A DNA stretch of 64,000 nt from Octopus sinensis. Lineage: Eukaryota. The notes beneath the pieces are model-generated. The model searched no databases. It had not been told where the DNA came from and saw only the letters and a program-made list of their open reading frames with translations. Both the position numbers and the translations under genes were made by a program. The stretch is from contig NC_043016.1 in assembly GCF_006345805.1 (NCBI RefSeq), forward strand, positions 372,001 to 436,000. Reading direction: 5' to 3'. Below are positions 1 to 13,866 of the stretch, one piece after another (position 1 is the stretch's first letter; each line of letters starts with the position of its first letter).

Positions 1-2813
1 TGATGGTGATAGTGGTGATGGTTGTTGTTGTTGTTGTTAACTGTACAGCCAAAGAGAATAAGAAATAAAAAAAAAGAAGTTTTTTAAAAGCACTCAAAAA
101 GAAACTAGTTAAACCTGACTAAATGGTTTGTAGAAGCTGTATTGTGATGAAAGCCTTCAGATCTTTTTAAGAATGACTCTGCATAGCTTCAAGGTTATGA
201 CTGCTGTTATTGCTTATGATCCTCTCTCTCTCTCTTTTTCTCTCTCTGTTACTTTTTTTCCTTGTTTCTTTGAAACGTATCTTTTCTTCTTTCATCTTTT
301 CTTTCTTTCTTTAGTTCTCCATCTTTCTTCCCTTTCATCAGTTTTATTTATTTCTCTTTTATTTCTTCCTCTCTGTCTGTCTCCTTTTCTATTACTTTCC
401 CCTTTTCTTTCACTTGTCTCTTCCCCACTTTCCTTTCTTCCTTTCATCATCCTTATTTTCTTCTGCTTTCATTAACTCATTTAATCCTTCATTTCCTTTT
501 ATCCTGTGTTTTCCTTCTTTTTTTATTTATTCATTCTCTCTTTCACCCCACTCCTTCTTCTTCTTCTTCTTCTTCTTCTTCTTCTTCTTCTTCTTCTTCT
601 TCTTCTCTTCTTCTTCTTCTTCTCTTCTTCTTCTTCTCCTCCTCTTTCTATTATCACTTATTGGGGCACCCATGTATCTACCCTACAACAAGACACCTAT
701 CCTTGCACCTCTATACCTTTAATCTCTCTACTAGCACAGAACCACCCCAGTCTCAATATTACTTCCTAACTCCCAGCTGAGGAGTTTGGTCTTGCAAGTT
801 TGCTTGGTGACCCTGCTGGTGTTAGTGCCATGTAAAAAGCATTTGTGATGGTGCCATGCAAAATGAACCCATTCCAGTGTCACACATAAAACACTCAGTA
901 CACTCTTTAAAGGGGTTGGCATTGGGAAGGGTATCCAGTTGCAGGAACCATGCCAAAACACACACAATGGGGCCTGGAGCAGTTCTCTGGCTTACCAGCA
1001 CCTGTTAAACCATCCAACCCATAACAGCATGGAAAATATTGTTTAAGTGATGATGATGATGATGGTGATGGTGATGGTGGTGGTGGTGGTGGTGGTGGTG
1101 GGAATGATTTTACTCTTTGTCTTAAACCTTTCTCTTCATCACATTTCTCCCCCCCCCTTTTATTCCTGTACCCCACTTTCCCTTTCTCAAATTCTTTCTT
1201 AGTGTCAACTTCTCCTTTCATCATCATCATCATCATCGTTTAACGTCTGTTTTCCACGCTAGCATGGGTTGGACAGTTCGACCAGGATCTGGGAAGCCAG
1301 GAGGCTGCGCCAGGCTCCAGTCTGATCTGGCAGTGTTTCTACAGCTGGATTCCATGAGTGTAGCGGGTGCTTTTTACATGCCACCAGCACAGGTGCCAGG
1401 GGAGGCTGGCAATGGCCATGATCGGTTGGTGCTTTTTACATGCCACCGGCACTGAAGCCAGTCAGGTGGCGCTGGCATTGGCCCCGTTTGGATGGTGCTT
1501 TCACAAATAAATAAACAGGTATTTAGAAGTTTGTTTCTCAATCTCATAGTTCCAGTTGGGAAAGAGGGCACAGATTTTTCTTCATTTGTGTGACAAAAAC
1601 AGTGCAGGAATCTTAAATGAATTTAGGCTTCTGCCAGATATGCAAGGAAAGTGAATACTTTACAGCATTTTTTGAGAATAAGATTGTAAATTTTCATAGA
1701 TTTTGTACTTATTTAAAGTGTATAGAAATATAAAAGTTACCCTTAAAAAGATCATTTTATATAAGGACCAGAAACTGGCCCTTATTAGTCAGCATGACGC
1801 AAAGGTAACTTACCTTTTATATCTCCCCTCTTCTTCTTACCCCTTAAACTTACAACTTATCCACCCACTCACTCTACCCTATCCCCAGTTTCACTTCACT
1901 TATATACCCCCCACCTGTAATTTTTAGTTTGTTCACATTTGGTACACACTTAGGCAGCCTTAACCTGTCATTTAAAGGTTAAATCAGGTGATACTTAAAG
2001 TCCAGCATACAGTCCATCTAATGAGATTTCTCCTCTAGTTTCTCTCAACAAGTAAAGCATCATTGATCTGCAACTCTAATAAAAGACACTTTCGGAAGAT
2101 ACCAAATCCTAGACCATGAGTTGTCAACAAAGTGTGTCAGAAGCAGCACCTTTGGCTGTTTTGTAATAGTAGAGAATGAAACCCTCAACTTGTTATCTTA
2201 TTCACCCGACTCCAGACCAGATCTGAGAATCTTCTGCAAGGTGGTCATATTAAATCAGGTGGTAGAAAGAAAGTGCCAAATCCTGAACTGTGAGTTGTGT
2301 ACAAATTGAACTTTTTAACCACTCAGTATATCTATTCAACATCCTTCAACTATCAGCACCGTATTCTAACAACCTCCTCTTCTAAAACACATTTAGATTT
2401 TGCAAGCTTCTCTTGCCAACAATATTAAAACATAAATAAATGTGGTCTCTTTGTTTTCTCTTGTTATTTCTTCTTTTGTTTCTCACCTCTTTCTCTGTCT
2501 CTCTTCCTGTTTCTTTCTTCCCCTTTCATTCTTTCTTCCTTCCTTTCTTTCTTTATTTATTTATTCTTCCATGTCTGATATCAAATTTCTAGTCAGATAT
2601 TAAATTATCCATTCTATCAGTGTTTCTCTCTGTTTCTCTATAAAGATGTCGAACTAAGTGTTGTGGCAAACAAGTAGTATTTACCACTGATTGACATTTT
2701 AAATGTAACCATTTGACCACTTAATTTATTTGTGACATTAACAACCAGAGTAATGTGTGTAGGTATACCACCTATCTATACACACATGCGTGCACACACA
2801 CACACATGCAAAT

Positions 2814-2844
<31 letters not shown>

Positions 2845-3022
2845 AATACATACATATATAATATATACACGTGTGTGTGTGAGTGTGTATAGATATATGT
2901 CTGTGTTTGTGTGAGTGAGTGTGTATGTGTATGTATTTGTGGGAGTGTGTATGAGTATATATATAGTTTAAATATGTACATACATATATAATATGTACAT
3001 GTGTGTGTGTATATATATGTGC

Positions 3023-3064
<42 letters not shown>

Positions 3065-3125
3065 ATATGTACATAGATATATGTCTGTGTGTATGTGTGA
3101 GTGAGTGTGTATGTGTATGTATGTG

Positions 3126-3990
3126 CAAGGTGCATTCCAGAAGTTTTCGTACTTTGTAAGGAGATGCAGTTATAACTGTCCTAGATTATTGTAATTTTGA
3201 TATATCATTACTCTACACTTAATAAGCTGACATGCCAACTTTTGGTATTCGAAACAGTTGGAGGCAGCTGTAACTTGCACCCTACTAAATACTGCTTGTC
3301 ATAGCTGACTAGTCTGAAGAATGATGTTAGGAAGCTGAGGCAATTTGGAAACTATCTATGAATTAATGTTTTTTATTAAACTGGGTAAAAACACTATAGG
3401 AACCTGTTAAATGCTCCAAAGTGCTTATGGATTAACTTGTATGGGCCAAGCATTGGTATTTCGCTGGCACAAGAAGCCAGGCATGAGGTCATCCAAGAAA
3501 CTCATGAGGATCTCCTTTTTTGACCACAAGAGACATCATCTACAACCACTGGGTTCCCTCTCTCCAGATACTCAACAAAGCATAATTCTTAGAGCTTCTG
3601 AAGGAATTCAGGAAAAGATTTGCTTGCAAAAGGCAGAGCTTTTCCACTCAGGTTGGTGGCATCTGCAACAGGACAATACAACATCCAAAATTCCATCTTG
3701 GTAACCAACTACTGGACAGAGATAGTCATCAAAACTGTGCCTCACCTGCTCTACAGTCCAGACCTTGTTTGCCATGACTTTTTAGGTGTTCCCCAGGCTG
3801 AAGGAAGCTGAGACAAGAGTTGTAGACACCTTCACTTAGGAGGGCTACAATGGGGTTGTGATAAATTTCATGGAGTGTTGCCTCTACAACAAATGCATTG
3901 AAGCCAGGGTATCCTACTTTGAAGCTAGATTAGGGTTTTGTGTTTCTCTGAAATTAAGAAATTCCTGCCTTGACAATTCTCAAAACTACA
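3126..3990 (+). mobile_element. Internally deleted mariner remnant
   Basis: FFIKLGKNT..MLQSAYGLTCMGQALVFRWHK, WHLQQDN, PHLLYSPDLVCHDF and KCIEARVSYFE match mariner transposase motifs; stops and frameshifts. Confidence 0.85.
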
Positions 3991-6849
3991 AACACACATA
4001 CACACGCACATATGTATGTGCCACTCACTGTATTTCCCTCTCTTGTATCTCTCCTCTGTGAAGGTGCATGGATTAGTGGTTAGGGTGTTGGACTCATGAT
4101 TGTAAAATTGTAGTTTCGATTACTGGACCAGGCAACGCATTGTATTCCTGAGCAAAACACTTCATTTCACGTTGCTGCAGTCCAATCAGCTGACAAAAAT
4201 GAGTAACCTTGCAAGGGCCTGGCATCCCATATATGCCATGGAAACTGAGAAACTGGCCCTTATTAGTCAGCAGGACGAAAAGGTAGCTTTACCTTATCTT
4301 ACCTTTTATATCTCTCCTCTTCTTCTTACCCCTTTAAACTTAGAACTTATCCACCCACTCACTCTATGCCATCCCCAGTTTCACTTCACTTATATACCCC
4401 CCACCTGTAATTTGAGTGGGCACCCTATCTCATCTTCATCTTATCTCTCTATTCTTTCTCTCCCTTCCTCCTTTCTCTGCCTTCCTCCTTTCTCTCCCTT
4501 CCTCTTTTCTATCCCTTCCTTCTTTCTCTCCTTTCATCCTTTCTCTCCCTTCCTCCTTTCTCTCCCTTCCCCCTCTCTCTCCAACTAAGGTAGCCATGTA
4601 TCACTTCTACTACTAGACACTTATTTCCAGTCTCTTTATTCATAATCTAACCTTCCTTACCTGGCTCAAAGCCACCTCCCTCAATACTACTCACCCCACT
4701 CAATGTAGGGGTCTACTCTTGCACGATACTTTATAGCCTTGATGGTGCTGGTACCTAATAAAAAAGCACCCAGTACATTCTGTAAAGTGATTGGCATTAG
4801 AAAGAACATCCAACCGTAGAAACCTTGCCGAATCAGACACAGTCTTCTGATTTTCCAGCTTCTGCCAAACCATTTAACCCATGCCAGAGGTCATTAAATG
4901 ATGATGATGATGACAGAGGTCATTAAATGATGATGATGATGACTTATCACCGTGATCACCATGACCGACCAGGCTATCTGATGTTGCTACACATCGCTGG
5001 TCACAATGCGCTTCGCATTGTTTTAGCCTTCAAATGACGCCACCCTGCTGGCGAAGCGAGCAGGCCAACAGAAGAAATAGTGAGAGAAAGTTGAGGTGAA
5101 AGAGTACAGCAGGGATCGCCACCACCCCCTGACGGTGCTTAGTGGAGCTTTTTAGGTGTTTTCACTCAATAAACACTCACAACGCCCGGTCTGGGAATCG
5201 AAACTGCGATCTAATGACCGCGAGTCCGCTGCCCTAACCACTGGGCCATTGTGCCTCATATATATATCTATATATTCACTATAATCTTTCCAAATGAGTA
5301 GCCATATATCTCCATCACAGGAATACACCCATTTCTGTCCTTCTAGTCATACTCTAACCTCTCACTACCTGGCACAAAGCAACCCACTTCAATACTATTC
5401 CCCACTCGGTTGAGTGGAGCGGGGGTCTTGTCTTGCTAGTTACTTGGTTACATACCCGGCACTGGTGTCAAGTTAAATAATACCCAGTACACTTTTAAAG
5501 TAGTTGATGCTCCAGCATGGCCACAGTTTTTTGGGCTGAAATGTATAAGAGAAAATAATACACACGCACACACACACTTACACACACGCGTGATGTGATG
5601 GGCCTCTTTCAGTTTCTGTCTGCCAAATCCACTCACAAGGCTTTTTTTGTTGTCCTGGTGCTAACAGAGTGCCATATATGAAGGCTGAACCCAAAACCAT
5701 GCGGTTGAAAAGCAAGCTGTTTGCCGCACAGCCACACACACGCTACCATATATATATTTGATTTTTTGATTTTCCATGCAAGCATGTGTATGGTGGGGGT
5801 GTGGTTGGGGTTGTAGGTGAGGTGGAATGTATGTTGGTCTTAAGGAAGTAATCTGCCCCCTTTTTTTTTTGTTTTTTTTTCTCTCTCTACCTGCATTTTG
5901 TTCGAGCTAGCCACATCCTGCTTCTTACACCCACCTTACAATGTCAGTCTGAAAAATAAAACAGTTACATTTTTGAAATGTCAAAGTTACGAAGATAATG
6001 CATGGTTATTTCAAAATAATTTGAATAAATAAGCGTACATGTTTGACAGAAAAACCTGAACGTTGTGAAGGGTTAATGTACGGATATTGGATTGTACATT
6101 TAGGACCAACGCACACACACACACACATACACAAATGCTTGTGCACACACACACACATACACACACGCACACAGAATGTGAGTGTGAATGTGTTGCGTGT
6201 TATGTGTGCGTATGCATTCGTATAAGTGCACTAATTTTTAAGAGTCTTGAGATAAACTGCCTTTGGTATTGATTAACCAGACTGCGTTTGTTGGCTGGAA
6301 AACCAGTTGATAAGATCCATTACCTTGGCAACCGAACCCACTAATGGGTATATGCGTGTGTGTGCATATGTATGTGTGTGTCTGTGTGTGTTAGGCTTGG
6401 GGAGGGGTTTGAACAAGTAATAGATAACACCAGTTTAGTGTGTATGGTGAGGGTATTACAGTGTTACAAGAGATGGAAGTGGAAAGCTTTTTTTTTTCTT
6501 TTAGCATACTGCTGTGATGGGATGTGTGTGTGTGTGTGTGTGTTCTGAAAAATAATAAGATAATTTCTGTTACCTAGGTGACCCAATTAGTGTTGAAGGA
6601 GGTCAGGTGTGTGGGGTGAGAAAAAAGGTGGAGCTACTCAAAACTGTTTGAAACGAGTTAAAGAAAATGTTTCCTTTCTGCTTTGTCGGACATTCCTTCT
6701 ATATGAAACATAGACCTAAGAATCTCTCTCTCTCTCACTATATATATATAGAGAGAGAGAAAGAGAGAGAGAGAGAGAAACAAAATAAACAAGATACACG
6801 GGTGTATATGTTATATTATATATATTATAAAAAAAAAAATTTTTTTAAA

Positions 6850-7080
6850 TGGCAGCGAACTGGCAGAATCGTTAGCACGCCGGGCGAAATGCATAGCCGC
6901 ATTTCGTCTGCCGCTACGTTCTGAGTTCAAATTCCACCGAGGTCGACTTTGCCTTTCATCCTTTCGGGGTCGATAAATTAAGTACCAGTTACACACTGGG
7001 GTCGATGTAATCGACTTAACCCCTTTGTCTGTCCTTGTTTGTCCTCTCTGTGTTTAGCCCCTTGTGGGTAGTAAAGAAAT
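6850..7080 (+). mobile_element. tRNA-derived SINE family A (Meta-domain-like body), representative copy
   Basis: A box tggcagaatcgtt, B box gagttcaaattc, body gactttgcctttcatcctttcggggtcgataaattaagtaccag; well-preserved copies at about 18882, 26436, 34222, 36374, 38379 and 43707; many older copies in 51465-61330. Meta-domain assignment is from memory. Confidence 0.9.
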
Positions 7081-8389
7081 ATATATATATATATATGTAT
7101 TTATATCTATACATACATGTATACATGTATATATATATATATGCAATATATATATATACAATTTATATATATATTTTATATATGTATATATATAAACACA
7201 CACATAGGCATATACATAATACAAGCATACATATACAGTAGAGGCTTCTTTAAGTTTCTGTTTACCAAATCCACACACAAGGCTTTGGTCAACTTGGCAC
7301 TGTAGTAGAAGACAAGATGCTGTACAATGTCCAGCAAACTGGACTGCAAACTGTTGGTTACAAACATTATCATCATCACTATTTTAATGTCCACTTTTCC
7401 ATGCTTGCTTGGGTTGGATGAAATTTTCTTTGGTCAGATGCTCTTTCTGTTCCTAACCCTCATCTGTTTCCATATAAGGTAATATTTACCCTTGGCTAAA
7501 TGTGTTTTCACAGAAGACTGCAACAGGTGCTTACAACTATCACTGCCTGCCCTTAAACTTCTAAGATGACACCTCAAACCTCTCTTTCTCTCATTGCACT
7601 CACTTCTATAAGCTTCTTCTTCTCTTCTTCTCTGTCTCTCACTTTCTCTCTCTTTCTCCATCTTTTCTACTGCCTCCTCATCTGGAATGCTTCTTCCACT
7701 CTCACAATGTGCCCTACCCCTTTGTTCTACCTCTGGAATGATCCACCATCTCTCTCCCTCACATCTTTCACTGCATTCAGTTTCTGGTCCTCATCCTTGG
7801 CTTCCTCTTCTCATTGCCTCACAACCATGACTTCTCCATCTCTTCAGCACTCCTCTGGTTGACCTCACACAACTTCCACAAACCTCTTTTGTCCTTCAAT
7901 GATTCCCTCAAAGATTTCTCTCCACTATGGCAAGTTCACTAGCAGCAGTGCCTCATAAAAAGCACCAGCAAAATCTATAAAGTGTTAACAAGAACATCCA
8001 GCTGTAGAACACATGCAAAAGTTATTGAAGCATCATGCAATGCTCTCACATGTCAGGGTTGTGTCAACTCATCCAACCTATTCCAGTATGGAGGTCAGGT
8101 AGTAAATGGCAAATAAATTTAGATTTAAATGTTGTGCTTATATGTGTATGTACACATACATATATGTATGTGTACATATATGTATGTGTACATATATGTA
8201 TGTGTACATATATGTGTGTACATACACACTCACACATATATGTATCAAAACAGGAGAGTGGAAAAAGATCTTGCTGTGATTTAATCACCATTACACATGT
8301 TTCACTTACTAATAGGGGTTGCAAAATTGTACATATAGGAAAGACATGTTAGATATCTATTAGAAATTCTTCAGAAAGAGAACCAAATA

Positions 8390-8443
<54 letters not shown>

Positions 8444-8557
8444 TTGTGTGTGTATGTGGGGAGAGAGAGAGAGAGAGACATTAAACATATATTTCTATAT
8501 GTATATTCATATATGTATACACATATATGTGTTTGTGTGTATGCATATGTGTGTGTC

Positions 8558-8605
<48 letters not shown>

Positions 8606-8740
8606 CTCATGTAGTACCCTTGTGTATATATGTACATATCTAATATTGTATGTATATATTTTGTTAATTTGTCTGAACGGCTGATAATTCGCTTACCACT
8701 TGTGATGGTATTTTAATAATACCATCCCTATATTTGTATG

Positions 8741-8776
<36 letters not shown>

Positions 8777-9143
8777 TGCATGCATGTATGCATGTAATAA
8801 TTATGATAGAGACTATGGAGAGTGATGCATCTTCAAAATTTATTTCCTTTTATTTTATGGCATGTCATGCAGCATATTTTTATGGTTACGACAACCCACA
8901 CGTGTTTCCGCTGCACAGAGTATGAGCAGCTGCATATGCAACTAGGGATAAATTTTCTGTGCAGCTTCGGGGGTGTCTTTCAACCAACTTGGCTCAAAGC
9001 GAATTGAATTAAACCATAACCTGAAACATAACTGAGTGCTATCACAGTATCCGTCCAGATAATATATCCCTCTAAGCTGGCATTAATATGTATGTATGTG
9101 TGTGTGTATATATAATATATATATTATATGTATATATATATAT

Positions 9144-9447
9144 GGAGGCACAATGGCCCAGTGGTTAGGGCAGTGGACACGCAGTTGTAGGATTGCAGTT
9201 TTGATTCCCAGACCGGGCGTTGTGAGTGTTTATTGAGTGAAAACACCTAAAAGCTCCACGAGGCTCCAGCAGGGGGTGGTGGTGATCCCTGCAGTTCTCT
9301 TTCGCCACAACTTTCTCTCACTCTTTCTTCTGTTGGCCAGCTTGCCTAGCCAGCAGGGTGGCGTCATTTGAAGGCTAAAACAATGCAAAGCACATTGTGA
9401 CCAGCGATGTGTAGCAACATCTGATAGCTCGGTCGGTCACGGTGACA

Positions 9448-9451
<4 letters not shown>
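9144..9451 (+). mobile_element. tRNA-derived SINE family C (resembles octopus OR-type)
   Basis: tggcccagtggttagggcag head with gattccc box; inverse copy at about 4946-5257. Confidence 0.85.
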
Positions 9452-9481
<30 letters not shown>

Positions 9482-10521
9482 TATGAGTGTGTGTGTGTGT
9501 GTGTATATATATATAGGTATGTGTGTGCGTGTGTGTATATATACATATATACACATACACACACATATGTACACACGCACATACATAATTAATTATGATT
9601 ATTTAATTATAATTAATTATGCTAATGACAGTATATGTGTTAGAAATTTTTAAATTTATTTGAATTTGCATGAGAAACTTGCAAAGTAGAAAGAAACTAA
9701 ACAAATTTTTTTTTTATTTCATCATATATTTATTTAGGGCATCCAGCCGTAGAAACACTGCCAGATTTGACTGGGCCTGATGAAGCCTTCTGGCTTCACA
9801 GACCCCAGTAGAACCGTCCAACCCATGCTAGCATGGAAAACGGACGCTAAATGATGATGATGATGATGATGATATATTTAATAGGGTTCCCTGTTTTAAG
9901 ATACTCCCATTCCTTCTTTCTTTATCTCTTACTCCCACTCTCACTCACTCCTCTCTCTCTCTCTCATATGTGCTTTGTACTATCTCATATGATACTTAAC
10001 AAGTTGAATCTCCTGATTTAGACTTGTTACTTAGTTTTACACTTTTATTTTACCAGCCATCATCATCATCATCATCATTTAACGTCTGCTTTCCATGCTA
10101 GCATGGGTTGGACGATTTGACTGAGGTCTGGCGAACCAAACTCCAATCTGATCTGGCAGAGTTTCTATAGCTGGATGCCCTTCCTAATGCCAACCACTCT
10201 GAGAGTGTAGGGCCAGTTTGGTGGAACTGGCAACAGCCATGCCCAAATGGTGCTTTTTATGTGCCACCTGCACAGGAGCCAGTCCAGTGGCACTGGCGAC
10301 GACCTCGCTTGAATATTTCACATGACACCAGCACAAGTGCTAGTAAGGCGGCACGGTAACGATCGCGCTTGAATGGTGTATATTTATCCATTATTCATTT
10401 TATCATAAAATTAAAAGTTTTACTGAGTAAATCCAATTTAACTTTGATGTCTTGTTTTGAATGCCTCAGATTGCAGTAAACTCCTGTGAAACCATCTGGT
10501 GTATACTTTACATACTGTAAA

Positions 10522-10690
10522 GGCGTAGGAGTGGGTGTGTGGTAAGTAGCTTGCTTACCAACCACATGGTTCCAGGTTCAGTCCCACTGAATGGCACCAT
10601 AGGCAAGTGTCTTCTACTATAGCCTCGGGCCGACCAAAGCCTTGTGAGTGGATTTGGAAGACGGAAACTGAAAGAAGCCCATCGTATATA

Positions 10691-10731
<41 letters not shown>

Positions 10732-10944
10732 ATATTTGTGTGTCTGTGTTTGTCTCCTCAACATTGCTTGACAACCGATGATGGTGTGTTTACGTCCCTG
10801 TAACTTAGCAGTTTGGCAAAACAGACCGATAGAATAAGTACTAAGCTTACAAAGAATAAGTCCTGGGGTCAATTTGCTTGACAAAAGGCAGTGCTCCAGC
10901 ATGGCCACAGTCATATGACTGAAACAAGTAAAAGAGTAAAGAGT
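10522..10944 (+). mobile_element. tRNA-derived SINE family B with internal (TA/TG)n, representative copy
   Basis: gtggctgtgtggtaag / ggttcagtccc boxes, ccttgggcaagtgtc, tail gactgaaacaagtaaaagag; other copies at about 12413-12826, 14060-14485, 16329-16732, 26278, 36646-37083 and 53575-53992 (+), fragments at about 5600, 7240, 28860 and 35425 (-). Confidence 0.9.
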
Positions 10945-11699
10945 ATAATATGCATATTACTGATGAGTCACAATTTACAATGAAATCATATGATTACCTG
11001 TGCAGACAAAAATTTCATCATCCAATACAACCTATGTTTGTCACGGCACCTAACATCTATATGAGATGATTTCTTGGGACTTTTATTGCAGCTTATGGTG
11101 TTTCTAAACGAAATCATCATCATCATCATCATCGTTTAATGTCCTCTTTCCATGCTAGCATGGGTTGGACAATTTGACTGAGGTCTGGCAAACCAGATGG
11201 CTGCACCAGGCTCCAATCTGATCTGGCAGAGTTTCTACAGCTGGATACCCTTCCTACACTCCGAGAGTGTAGTGGGTGCTTTTACATGCCACTGGCATGA
11301 GGGCCAGTCAGGCAGTACTGGCAATGGCCACACTCAAATGGTGCTTTTTATGTGCTACCTGCACAGGAGCCAGTCCAGCGGCACTGGCAACGACCTTGCA
11401 CAAATGTTTTTTTCACGTGCCACCAGCACAAGTGCCAGTAAGGTGACACAGGTAACGATCATGCTCAAATGGTGCTTTTTACGGGCCATTGGCATAGAGG
11501 CCAGCTTGTTGTTCTGGCAATGATCATGCTCATATGGTACTCTTAGCACTCCATTAGCATGGATGCCAGTCATCGCATTTGATTTCAATTTCAATTTCAC
11601 TTGCCTCAACAGGTCTTCACAAGCAGAGGTCTTCGCAAGCAGCATATGTATGTGTATATACTGTTCTAGTAATTGTGAGTAATAAAATAAAAAAATTAG

Positions 11700-12569
11700 T
11701 TGGAAATGTTTGGAATAAAAATGCAAAAAAGCGCATATCCAGAAAACAGCATTACTTCACGAAATGTTTGATGCTTAAAGTGAAAGCACTACCTCAGCTT
11801 ATGGAAAGTGAACAGATGCTATAGTAAAGGCATCTCCCAATAAGCTGAGTATGTTAGGTACAATAATAATTATAAAAAATTATGTTGTACTGTGTAAAGA
11901 AAAAATACTATTGATTGCTAAAGATTCCCAAAAAGTGACTGCATCAGTAGGAGAATTCAAAGAGAAAAGGAAAAAACAATAGAACAAACAAATTGAAAGA
12001 AATTGAATTACATGGCCAATTCATGCAACAAACTAAGAATGCTGGCTCTGGTTGACAAATGAGAACCCGAAGCAAGAAACAGAAATGCCAATTATAGTTG
12101 CTCTGGAATAAGCCATTAGAACAAATCTGATAAAGGTAAAGATCAACAAAACTCAGTCAGGCAGCAAAGTAAAATCTGCAGAAAAGGAGATGAAAGTATC
12201 AATCATCTCTTGAGTAAGAGCAGTATACGAGCACAATAAGAGTATAAGCTGCTGGCAACACTGTGTAGGCAAAAGAGTATATTGGGCTGTTAGTTGAGCA
12301 TGTGACTTCAAAATAACAGAAAAGTTGTATGAATACAAACCAGAGGCCTGTGATAGAAAACAAGAATTGCCTGATCTTATTGGACTTCCCCATACAGATT
12401 GACTATGCTGTAGGTGCAGACGTGTTGTGTGGTAAGAAGTTGGCTTCCCAATCTCATGGTTCTGGGTTCAGTCCCACTGCATGCCACCTTGGGCAAGTGC
12501 CTTCTACTATAGCATTGAGCCCACCAAAGCCTTGTGAGTGGATATGGTAGATGGAAACTGAAAGAAGCC

Positions 12570-12617
<48 letters not shown>

Positions 12618-13125
12618 GTGTCTGTCTTTGTCGCCCCATCACCACTTGACAACCAGTATTGGTGTGTTTACATCCCTGTAACTTAGTGGTTTGGCCTAAG
12701 AAACTGATAGAATAAGTATCAGGCTTAAAAAAGAAGTACTGAGGTCGATTCAGTTGACTAAAAATTGAAGGCAGTGCCCCAGCATGGCCACAATCTAATG
12801 ACTGAAACAGGTAAAAGATAAAAGATAATGTTATTGAAACAAGAAGACCGGATATGATTTTAGGGCACTAAAATAAATATACAGTGTATGATCATATTTT
12901 TGCAATTCCCTAAGATCCCAGAGCTGATACGTACCAAAGAAATTGAAAAAAATTGAGGAACATCAGGACTTCATCAGAGGGCAGAGGAATCTGTGGAAGT
13001 AGTAAATGGTATCCTATAGTTATTGGTGCACTTGGCTCAACACCAAAAATACTATTTAAAAGACTGAAAGAAATTAGAATTAAAACTTGTATTGCTGACC
13101 AGCAGAAAAGTACTGTCCTATCTTC
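11700..13125 (+). mobile_element. Decayed RLE-type non-LTR retrotransposon (R4/Dong-like) 3' region, split by a SINE
   Basis: LHGQF, AIRTNLIKVKINKTQ, KICRKGDESINHL (CCHC region), LDFPIQID / NVIETRRPDMI (PD endonuclease motif), PIVIGALGSTPK. Confidence 0.8.
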
Positions 13126-13520
13126 TTTCTTTCTCATCATCATTGTTCGACCGTGGTCGAGATAATGGAATTTACTATGTTACGCCAGACTTCACGGTCC
13201 ATCATAGCATTACGGAGATGCCTGATGAAAGATTCTTGAGATTTGAGGAGACTTGTCACCAAACCTCAAGATAGCATTTCTGCTAACTGAATTAGAAGGT
13301 AAAAATGAAAAGAAACAGTGTAGTTGTCAGCTAACACCTGGTACCATTAGGTATAAAATGAGATAATTTAATTATTTTATTTTTTATTCCTTTACTAATT
13401 TAAGTTGTCAGGCTGTGACCATGCTAGAGCACTACATTCTGGAGTTGTTGACTTGGTCATGTTGCCATTTTTAGTTGTTTTAATTTGCTATGCATTTTAC
13501 CAATGTCTGTTTGTTGAAAT

Positions 13521-13866
13521 GTGAAGGCGCATGGCTCAGTGGTTAGAGCGTTGAGCTTATACAATCGTGAGGTTGTGAGCTCGAATCCCGGACCGGGCTG
13601 TGTGTTGTGTTCTTGAGCAAGGCACTTTATTTCATGTTGCTCCAGTTCACTCAGCTGTAGAAATGAGTTGCGACGTCATGGGTGCCAAGCTGTATCGACC
13701 TTTGCCTTTCCCTTGGATAACACTGGTGGCGTGGAGAGGGGAGGCCGGTATGCATGGGCGACTGCTGGTCTTCCATAAACAACTTTGCCCAGACTTGTGC
13801 TTCGGAGGGTAACTTTCTAGGTGTAAGCCCATGGTCAGTATCATGAACGAAGGGGGTCACGGTCAC
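13521..13866 (+). mobile_element. tRNA-derived CORE-like SINE
   Basis: tggctcagtggttagagcg / gctcgaatcc boxes, then gtgttcttgagcaaggcactttatttcatgttgctccagttcactcagctg; relative at about 4058-4260. Confidence 0.85.

Noticed and set aside
9144-9220. tRNA gene candidates (also near 13525 and 10522)
   Set aside because: A/B boxes continue into multi-copy SINE bodies and there is no proper cloverleaf; these are SINE heads.
10950-11005. CTGATGA...GAAA-tcatatga-tt hammerhead-like string
   Set aside because: Palindromic helix III present, but no credible stem II and stem I is mismatched next to the core; likely chance.
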